Position numbers and translations under genes: made by a program
Part shown: positions 53,674 through 64,000 of the stretch, piece after piece
Numbering within the stretch: the stretch's first letter is position 1
Layout: the number at the start of each line of letters is the position of its first letter
DNA from: Rhizophagus irregularis
Taxonomy: Eukaryota
Direction of reading: 5' to 3'
DNA length: 64,000 nt
Assembly: GCF_026210795.1 (NCBI RefSeq)
Contig: NC_089433.1
Coordinates: 2,542,001-2,606,000 of the forward strand
Notes under the pieces: model-generated
The model's input: the letters and a program-made list of their open reading frames with translations, nothing else
Databases searched by the model: none
What the model was told of the DNA's origin: nothing

Positions 53674-55203
53674 ATGGATGATTTTAATCCAAATACACCA
53701 GAATACCAACGACTTTTGATGGACCGGAAAATCCTGAGCGAAGGTTATCCTGCTGCTGCCGCAGCCGCCAACCTTGGATCTTCAAGGAGTGTAGTTGGAG
53801 TTGGAGGTAGCGGAAATGCTATTGTTAGTTCTTCTACCTCCGTTGTTCCTTCAGGGTCTAACGCTGTTGCTACCACTAGCGGTAGTAGTGCACCGACGAA
53901 TATGACAGAGTTTACAAAGAGAAAGAATTGGTCACAACGGATAATTGAAGAGCTAAAAGATTTTTTGCATGTTATTTCCCCAACAGGGAAGCTCATGTAT
54001 TGTTCACCTTCTTCAACCGAGCTGGTCGGTTATACTCCCGAAGAATTAGTGAATCGCACTATAACAGACTTTATCCATGTCGATGACGTCGATATGTTTC
54101 TTAGAGATTTCGGGTTGGCCATACAAAATAAAACTAGTTTCACTCTTTATTATCGATTTCGCAAGAAAGATGATAAATATATAATTCTTGAGGTTAATGG
54201 ACATCCTTACTTTGGTGAAAATAACACTACTGGTAATTGTAAATGCTTTTTCAGTATGGGTAGAACTTACCCATCAAAAACAACGGCAATGTTAGATTCA
54301 TTTTTGGAATTGAAAGTCGAAAATGAAAATCTGCGTCGTCAACTTCGCGAGTTAATTGGACCATCGGAAACTCCAGCTGAGGCTAGCGGCAGCGGCAGTG
54401 TCAGTACAGTTAACACCACTACTTCTACTACCGGAGGGTCAACTTCTATCCCTGAAGGCCGTTCTGTGGAAAATCTACTTCATGATACAAGTAATCCGTT
54501 AGAATTATTGACCGGTTTACGATACCAGGAGGGTGAGCGTGCCAGAGGAATTTCCACTGGCTCTAATAACCCAACTTTACTGAACGTAAGTTTAATGGAT
54601 GTAGATATGGCATCATCTCTAGCAACGCCGTCTTCAAGAGACGACAACCTTTTATCTACGCAAATCTCCGAACCTGCTCCCCAACCTTCATCGACTACCA
54701 CAACTTCTCCATCGAAACCTCGAAAGAAGGTTTGTTATCTTATCAAGTGATGAGCTTTTTTACATCTTTTGAATTCTTCATTTATTTCTTTAATTTTAGA
54801 AAAAACCTAAAGTCGAAGAAGAAGAATATGTCTGTACGGATTGTGGTACTGTAGAATCACCTGAATGGAGAAAAGGTCCACAAGGACCAAAGACGTATGT
54901 GATAATACTTATTTTATTTAATACTTTTTATTGTTGGAATTTTAAATTTGTTTTATAAAAACATTACTAATTTTTATTGCAAAAAAAATTGCAAATAATG
55001 TGTGACATCGTTTTTGTATATCCTTCGCAAAATCTGCATATTGCAATAATAATTATTGCAAAATGTCATTTTAAAGGTTATGTAATGCATGTGGACTTAG
55101 GTGGGCTAAAAAAGCAAAAAGACAAGCTAGTAGTGGCGGTAATGGAGGAAGCTCAACTCAACCTCCTCCACCGCCAGGTATCGATACCGGAGGTGGTGAA
55201 TAA
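53674..55203 (+). CDS. wc-2: White Collar-2-like PAS + GATA zinc-finger transcription factor; exons 53674-54729, 54800-54894, 55077-55203
   Basis: [62 protein letters not shown], then spliced [32 protein letters not shown]. Intact frame. Alternative ATG at 53650. Confidence 0.92.
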
Positions 55204-58200
55204 TATCTGCACATTACCCTTTGTTTTTGTGATGATGATTTTTCTTTTATGAAAATTTTATTTTACCTAGTTTTATTAACTATTAATGCGCTAATATATA
55301 AATATCTTGCAGATTCGATATTTAGTAATTGATTTTATTTGCCAATTAATTAACTCAAGAATTTTTCTGATTTATTTTTTTTTAATAGAAATAACAGAAT
55401 TTAATATATAATTTCTCACAATATCGAAATTATTATTTATTATTACTAAACTCAATAATCATATTATCTTTTTTACATTATACAAAGTCACAATCATTGC
55501 TTTTTCTCTCAAATTTTCGAAATAATATTTATTAATTTTATATGAACATTGTTCAACCATGCGATTCAAAGTTGATTCTATTTTAAACTATTCAATTTGA
55601 TTTTGATTTTGATTAAATGTATGTTTAACAGGAATATTCTTATTAAGTCAAGTGTTGAAGCAAATATAGTAAGACTAATAATGGATACTTTATCAGATGG
55701 ATCAATCTTATCGTATTAAAATGAGCTGGCGATTATGAGTGGTAAAAATCCTTGTTTCTTAAGGTTGGTTTCATAATATGGGCAAAAAATTTTACAATTA
55801 CTACTGCACTACCCAACGAGAGCAGCGGGTTCACACGATGAATTCTCGCCATATTCATCATCACCATCCAGAGAGCATCTGTTGAAGAAAATTGTTCAGA
55901 ATCATTTTATATATATATATATATATATAGTTAAATATGACTAAATAGCATTTCAAAGAAATAATATAATACTTTGTATATATAGTCACGAGAAAATATT
56001 TTGATTTTATTAGCTCACAGTTAATAGACACTCGATCAACATTTTATCTGAAATGTTATCTAAATGCCCTTTAAATTTCAACCACTAGAAAATTTGCCCT
56101 TGGCTTTATTTAAAACAGGTAATTCTCAAAAATCCTTTACGTTCCATTTAGAAAATGGTTGTTGCGATTGAATACGGTTACTTTTTTATCCATTTCAACT
56201 CTAATAGACTCGATTCTCGGCGTGTCTTGACTAGGTCATACTTTTTAGTGTGACCAATTAATTTAAAGATTTCCATCGGCATTTATGAGCACAAATGCAG
56301 TTATACATCTGGAGATGTTATAAATGCACGAGTGGCAGAGTTAGTATCGTAAAATTTCTCTTATATATGATATAATGATAAAATTCTTTTCTTCATTTTT
56401 AACATCCTGGCGATCCCGTTGTCAATGTAATTGTAATTGTGAACATCGATTTTTTGCTTTCATTCCATGACCAAGGACTTGCTTGGCTAACAAAGCGACG
56501 AGCCATATCTTCGTATGATGAGTTTGCACATAAACAATTCAGATATGTTAATCTGCTCATTTAAGTAAATCGGGTTGAATTTCCATTTCTACGGCGCAAT
56601 AGGAGTAGGGTATAAAGGAATCTTATAAAGTTCAAGATCAATAAGCAATAAAAAGTTCCGGAATTATAAACTTCTTTTCAACTCTTTACAAGCCAAATCT
56701 TTTTCTTCGCCGATTTGACGATTCTCTTACCAAAAAAAAATCTGCCATTTCCTTTCTATTTTAGTAACTCATTTTTTTGAGTCTCAAACTAAACGGCCAC
56801 AGTGTAGTCAGTGACGGTTATGAGTATTGTAGTCTCTGGCATACCAACAGAAATCAATTGAAAAAGGCCATTTTGCTGTAGCATATTGACAAAAAACGCG
56901 AAACGTAAACCCCGATCATCCGTCACATATCATTTTTATATGTTTGTTTATTTATTTTATTTTATTCAATTACCATTTATTGATTGTCTTTCCGCATGTA
57001 CATCTTATAATTTTTAACAAGTATTCGCTAATTTCGGCATGACACAAGTGCCAATTCCCACTTGAAAATATATTTAATTTGTTCAACAGTGATTGAGATC
57101 ATTGAAATCATTAAAAGATATCAACTAATTGTTTTATTTCTTGGCGATAACTTGCTTTTGGCGTGCATTTTTTTTAGTTTGAATGCCGTTTGTTTGAGAA
57201 TTCTTCCAAGATAATTTATTTAAAAATAACAATTTATTCAAAAGTTGTAATTATTGATATTTTACATTGAAAACTAGTTACAATAATTTCATATTAATCA
57301 GATATTATTATCAGTCTATCAGTATTTTTTACAGCACCCTCTCATTTTCATATTTACTGTATATGCTAAAGCAAGATCACTTATTTCTAAATTATTTGTA
57401 TTACTATCTTGATAAAAAGATTCATCATAATATAATACTATTACTATTTTTGGTATCGCAATTTTCTTTCAATTTGTTATATTCTTAATAACATTAGCGT
57501 TAAAAAATCATATGTGGGTTCCTTAATTACTAAATCTGGAACTTAGGAACTATCAAATCCAAAATTTTTCCGTTTTTTGATCTGCTTTGTAAGAGACTGA
57601 TGATTATTTGTAGGCAAAAGTTTTCATAGTATTGATAATACTAACAATTGTTGTGCTTTTTCGATCTCACCAGCTGTAGGTTTAAAGTAGGACTGACCAG
57701 TTATTTTTTAAATTTTTAAAGAAAGTGGCAAAGAGAATAAGAGCATTAAAAAAGGTTAAAAATAATCAAGTGCATATAATCTCAAAATTTCGGATAAATC
57801 ACCTATTCGGTACGAATTGGTGATGCTGGCTCAAAATCAACCAATCAAATTAATTTTATTTATAATAATCAAGCTAAAAAGATCTAAATAAATTATGGTG
57901 TTTTTTAATGTTTAATATACTCTATATACATCTTAACAGTTGTAACAGCTAATCAAAGATCAGCAATGCCATATGACTTGTTCAATTGGCATTTCGTGTA
58001 TTTTGAGTCAGCGGTTTTGAACTTGAGGAGAGATAAAAATGCTTCATACGCTAGCCCGTCCTAGTAATTGCAGATCACGGTGAAGCGTTTAAAGTAAGAA
58101 CGAAAGATGTAAGTAAATTTGTTATAGTCGGTATAAACCAATTGTATATATTGTTGGTTTACTTTATGGGTTTCATCCTTTTCATCCGCTAAATTATTTT

Positions 58201-58339
58201 GCTTCTGTTAATTTCAAAGAAATTGTGCCCGAATTATCAGTCAGCCAAGATGCCTGGTCTGCTATAATTAGTAGTTGATTAATTTTAGGATTAAAGATTT
58301 ATCGCCGTTTTCGAATTACTGTAAACAGTATAAACAGGA

Positions 58340-58620
58340 AAAATAAAATAAAAAAAAAAAATGAATTTTCTTGAAACCCACGAAACAGTAAATTTTTGGA
58401 TGGAGAAGGTGCGATTATAACATGAAAACCTTGATTTTAGAACGGAAAATCCTCTTAGGTAAGTTAACTTTTAGGTTACACGAAATCTCAAAAGGTCGCT
58501 TATAGGCAAACTTGCCGAAGAATTAAGTTTTCTGCTCTGAAATTAACGTTTTCAGGTTTCTCTATCCAAAAATGCAATAAACCCTACTTTTTTCGCGGGT
58601 CTTTAGTGAATAATTTTTTT
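58340..58620. repeat. Old imperfect inverted-repeat (MITE-like) element
   Basis: ACCCACGAAA/TTTCGCGGGT, TTTTTGGATGGAGAA/TTCTCTATCCAAAAA and TGAAAAC/GTTTTCA form nested inverted pairs. Confidence 0.5.
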
Positions 58621-58981
58621 AGTATTTTAATATTACAAAATGAGGGGCCGGCTTTCTGATTTCATATTACCAAATGTCACAAAAGTTCTCTCGACTCAAA
58701 CCTACTAATGACTAACAAACACGTAAGCAAAAATTTCTGATTTCGCAAAGAAGTTATACATTTTCGTTTCAAATAATAAACGGAATCCGTTATATCTTTA
58801 TATTTCTGTTAAACCCATGATAGAAAAGTCGGTTTTCGGTATATAGATATGGAATACAAAACACGGACCAACATTTTTTACAGATTAAGGATTTTACATA
58901 TAAAGAAGCATGAATTGCAATTTATTATTAATGAAATAAATTCAACTAAATTATTTCCTACCATTTCATATAAATTTCAAT

Positions 58982-61906
58982 TTAAGAAAAGTATAAGACA
59001 ATCTTATTATTCATAATTTCTTTTGCCTCAAATCTAGCTACAAGCCAATCCTCTTCATCCACAATATTTATTCTATCATTAACAGCATTCTTGAAATATA
59101 AGTTACTATGATTAACTTTTACATTATATCGTTGTTCAATTGTATTAATCAAGTCTTTAAGAGAAGTCTCGTAGGGAATTACAATCACATAATTTTGGAT
59201 GAGAAATGCGAAAGTAATGTATAATTGAGCCTTAAGAATCAATACCATTTAAGTACATATACAATATTAAAAAAAGGAAAGATCAATGGTTATAATAAAA
59301 TAATAAATCATATTTACCTCTGTTATAAACGAAGTATTCGAATTTTCATTTTCATATCGTTTATCAGAGAGAGCCTGTAATAAGCAAATCACAACTTAAT
59401 ATTAATCTACTTTTAAAAAATCAAAACATGATGTTACCTCATGGCGATTAATTAGTTTGGACACAGAAATAGGGTCCTTAATATTACGCGTAAGGTTCAT
59501 TATTTCCTATTATAAACTGAATCTTTAGTTAAAAGACCTTCTGGTAAAGATAATAATATAAATTAATTTAATTTACTCTGTCGTCCATATCAAGAAGACT
59601 GTGATTTGGTTCTCCATTAGCTACAGATGTAATGAATAAATTATTAACTTGCTTCTCAAGTTGTATAGTTGCTTCTTCTCTAGACTTAATAGTGGGGGGA
59701 GTCATCGGTGAATCCTTTATCGGTAATGTTTTTAGTATTGAAAAATGATACAATCAGTAAAAATAAGACACCAGAATTGTTTTCTTACCATTATATTTTC
59801 GTTATTAGTTTTGCTGATCCATTCAGCAATTGATTTGTTGCGAAAATGCACAGGTTCTCCTTTAGTAACATTAGGCTAGCCAAAAAGAGAATAGTAATTA
59901 ATGTACAAATTTAGCTTAAAATCATACGATTATCATTTACCTTTTCGACATTTTGCGCAGTAACTACAAATTTAGAAGGATAATCTTTCTCAAAAGATTT
60001 AACGCCATCACCTGTAATATTTAGATTTTTACAATTATATTGTGGTTCCTGATTGAAAGATCGCTTATGATCATTAAAAGATTGAATATGTTGGCAGGTG
60101 CTGACTTGATTCATATCTGAGGATTCATTGTGTTGAAGCTTATCTGATTTTTCTTGATCATTAAGCTGAGGAATTTGTTTTTTTGGATTCTCCTTTGATA
60201 AGTATTAAATTTATTTATTAATCACTTTTAATTAAAAATAAAAAAGGAAATTAATCTCTTTACCTTATTGAATCTTAATCTTTTCATTTCATTACTTAGT
60301 TTTAAGTATCGTTTATCTTCAACGTAATCACACGGGCTGAAAACAATTGTTGTGGTATCATCTAAAAGACCTCCTAAAGGATCAATTGCTATCTGAATTC
60401 GAAAATCAATTTCTCCAAGAGGGTATTCATAAAACTAACAAAATCAATTTTTAGCCGTTATATACTGCGCCACATTAAATATAAGCTACTTACAAATTTT
60501 CTAAATTTTCTCTTCATTTCCAATTCAATATCACGCTTCTCATTAATTGCAAATCTACGAAGTTGTTCTAAGGGGATCGAAATTTCTTTTTTTTTCTCAA
60601 CCAAGACTATACATATTTCATTAGTTATAATACGTAAAATTAAAGCCAATGGGGGTTTATTGAGGGAACGAGGAGTTTCTCCTGGATAGAATTGTCCTGA
60701 TGGTAAGGTTTTTAGATGTGCACATTCGAAAATTACATAGTCCAATAAGCGCTTGGCCACTTTCAAATCTATATTGTTGTTGGTATTCATTTGTATGGAT
60801 AAATTTGTACGGGTTGAAGTTCCGTTTTCGAGTAATAGTTGTATGAGGATAATGATCTAGCCTATATTAGAAGAAATGGTATTATATATTTATTTATTAA
60901 TCTAATGATATATCAACGCGAATAAAATATTACCGTATTCATCGATATTATATAATCATCATCATCCCAATCTTCCGCCACTTGATAATGACTTGCAATT
61001 CGACAATTACGTAATAACATGAATCTACCTTCCTTTTATAACGAATTATTTAAAATGATAAGACTTTAAGTGATCAATAATCATCATGAAGTATTTCCAA
61101 GTAATTTTAATTTGAATTTACTTTATAAAACGACATATTCGTTAAATATTAAAGATATTTGCGATATTATAACTTATTTTAATGTTCGCAGCAACGTTTA
61201 AACGTGATCGCGGTATAACTTTTTTTCAATCGATCAATCGATGTAATTTAAAAAGAATAATTTTGAATTCTTCATTTTATTCTGTCTTATTCTTAGTTGT
61301 CACAAAATTATCTGGCAAATTTGAAAAGAGATTTAAGCTTCTAAGTCGCAAACCTAATTTTTTTACATATTACATAACTCGTAAATAAATAAACACATTA
61401 TTTAATGATCGCGTAGAAAATTATTTTTTTTTCTTGATTTAATTAGCAGAATGTAACATTAATTTTATTGGTCATTTTGGTGGAGAGTAAAAAAGTTTGT
61501 GTGTGAACTTTTATTAAAGTGTAATAAAAAGAAAGAAATCATTATCCCATTATCTCAATTTCAATAAGCTTTCCGTCTTTGGTTTAGTTGCTGGTTTGAT
61601 AGTTCGAGTCTTCTTTCTCTTTTTTTCTCGAGTGGAGGTAATTTCAACCGCGACAGCTTCGGTGTCGATCATTATAAAAGAATCTTCTTGTTGATAAGTG
61701 TTCATAAAAATTTCCGCCAACGGATCCCTATAACGCCTTTGAACTACATAGTTCATAAACTTTGGGTTTGTTCTTCGGTTGAAATTATTATTATGACGGG
61801 TTCCTGCAAATGTTTTATTGACAGGGTCAAAGTTCTCTTTATTTTGGAAAAAAAGACGCGAGTTAACACGTTCATATGAAAGTCTTTGAGATTCCATAGA
61901 GTCCAT
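58982..61906 (-). CDS. Multi-exon protein with C-terminal PB1 domain
   Basis: Colinear ORF pieces (61906-, 60790-, 60114-, 59753-, 59248-) separated by GT-AG introns. Last exon VIVIPYETSLKDLINTIEQRY..LYFKNAVNDRINIVDEEDW resembles the PB1 OPCA motif. Internal exon boundaries not fully resolved. Confidence 0.65.
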
Positions 61907-62310
61907 ATTTCTCGAAGAAAAGAATAGTGTATCGTTAAGAAAATAAGGAAAGGGGAAAGTAAAAGAACAAGTTCATTTAAAACGCGTTTTTTTTTTTCTA
62001 AACTTTTCGTGTATATATAGAAAATCGTGCTTACACAAAGTCATATGAGTGATTGTAATACTGTGTCAATCACGTGAGTGACTAAATTTTTCATGGCACG
62101 GTTACGGCTACATTTACAATATTTTACATCTATATTTGGAATACAATATATATTTAGATATTCAATAAACATATTTAGTCATACAGAAGATAATAAATTT
62201 TTCTAGAGTAATTTTGTATAATCATAATAAAATTCAGATAATTTATTACTCATTAGAAATTAATATAATAGATAACATTTATATTTATTTCCGCAAATCA
62301 TCTAGTATAA

Positions 62311-64000
62311 TCTATTACTATATAAAATATGAAATATAAAGAAAATTTATACAAATATCCCATCCTATTGATAATAACCAATTAAACGTGATTTGTCAAT
62401 TTTCAGTAGAACATTTGTCTACATGTGTAGGTTTGCATTGCTCACCACTTAGCAAAAGTTAGACAGTATTATTTATATTAAATCATTTAAATTTATAAAA
62501 AAAAAATATTATAATTTATATTATTATCCTGACTAAAAATACTAAAAAAATTATATATGGTGCCAGAAGTCTATATTTAACAATAAAAATGTAACACTCA
62601 ACTTCTTAAAAAAATACAATTTAGAAAAAATAAACTGATAACTTTATTCTTTAAGATAAGCTCTATCAAATTATTGGTCAGATTTTTAAAAGAAGAAAGT
62701 TATAAGCATTTGAAATTGCATGATTTTCATATGATCAGTTCAAATTAAAACAAAATGTATTGACCAGAATTTATGATAATTCAGACTGATTCCATGCATT
62801 GTAATAATGCCAGCCAGAATTATCATAATCTGAAATGAATGTAATTTTTTAAAAAAATTTTTATTTTAGAAATCCACTTTTCTTATGTTTTATCTTGTTT
62901 GTAATAAAAATTTTCAAAAACTGCATTTTATTAGTACTTTATATAAAAAATTATAGGTTTTTATTAGCTGAATTTCAGAACAAAATTACATAATTGTTAA
63001 GTATAAATTTCTGGCACTATAATTATATTATATTTTGGAAATCCATCAGAAAGTCACATCAGTAACATAACTAAATCACTAATTTTTTTGTTTATGTTTA
63101 TACATAGATTTTTTTTACAAGTTTAATTTATTACACTTTCTTTTTTTTTAATTTTAAAGATACTTTATTTTCATTAATAAATACTAATTGCTAAAAAATA
63201 TTTGTTTTAGTTAAAAAATAATTTTTGTTTCAAAAAAAATATATCTTTATTTTTTGTTAAAAAAAAATAACTTTATAAATACTTGTTTCATTAAAAAACA
63301 CTTTATAAATACTGTTTTATTAAAAAAAATACTTTATTTTCATTAAAAAAATAATAAAAATACTTTTTTTTAGTTAAAAAACTACCTTAAAAGTAGAGCT
63401 CCTAATGAGTCGAGTTGAGTCAAGTCACAAGTCAAAAACCTTAATTTTAAAGTACTTTTTATTAAGTTAGAATATAATTAAACAAAAATTTACAATTATG
63501 CGAGTCAAAAATATGAGTTTATGCAAGTCATTTTCGGAGCTCTACTTAAAAGTATTTATTTTGTTAAAAAATACTTTATGAATATTTGTTTTATTAAAAA
63601 ATAATTTAAAATACTTTGTTTTTATTTATGGCAATTTCTATTTGTATACGGGATATTTAAACACGGGTCATATTAGTAGATTAAAAACGGCATTCAAAAC
63701 CAGTGCTTAAAATAGAAATCAAATTTTACCGGCCTAAGAATCCGGGAATGAAAATATTTTCTGCGACAAAGCGCATCCGAATTTCATAAAATTTACCGAC
63801 TTATAAATTTGAGTATTGCTAAAGCTCACCGGTGGTGATTCTCACTGGTGGTGATTTTCACCAGCGGTGATTTTCACCGAATTATAACTTCGGCCAGAAT
63901 TAATATACTTAAATGATTTAACAAAATAATGTGCAAAAGTATCGAATTATAAACAAAAAAATTGAATAAATGCAAAATTTAAGTCTTTAATTATTTCAAA
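62311..64000 (+). mobile_element. Probable Helitron 5' portion with AT-rich internal repeats
   Basis: A|TCTATTACTATATAAA resembles a Helitron 5' end. No 3' end is seen in the window. Confidence 0.45.
63394..63544. mobile_element. hAT-type MITE related to 22732-23191
   Basis: TAGAGCTCCTAA ... TTCGGAGCTCTA with exact 8-bp TSD CTTAAAAG and GAGTC repeats. Confidence 0.92.

Noticed and set aside
55600..56760. GC-richer segments that look like decayed coding sequence
   Set aside because: Frequent stops and no recognisable motif; cannot assign.
63826..63880. Tandem 16-bp TCACCRGYGGTGATTY palindromes
   Set aside because: Probably subterminal repeats of an element extending beyond the window; boundaries not determinable.

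Overview
Very AT-rich eukaryotic DNA with short GT-AG introns, most consistent with an arbuscular mycorrhizal fungus (Glomeromycotina, Rhizophagus-like; inferred from composition and gene/TE families). About 1-52 kb is mostly decayed, nested transposons. An RTC4-like pseudogene is split by a hAT MITE and a Helitron. The Helitron holds a 16-kb P-element, which in turn holds a CACTA element, a pogo/Tigger element and a hAT MITE. Further on are an Academ-like element, a CACTG-ended non-autonomous element carrying an array of about 12 micro-exon/intron units, a LINE remnant, a MULE remnant and many MITEs with verifiable TIRs/TSDs. Apparently intact host genes are a bZIP factor (40.6-42.4 kb, -), a White Collar-2-like PAS+GATA factor (53.7-55.2 kb, +) and a PB1-domain protein (59.0-61.9 kb, -). 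The two most notable items are the P transposase, which appears to carry a tandem Tudor/Agenet insertion in its catalytic domain and a RAMA-like N-terminus instead of THAP, and the transposon-borne micro-exon array with a hairpin over the 5' splice sites. All domain calls are by eye, without database searches.
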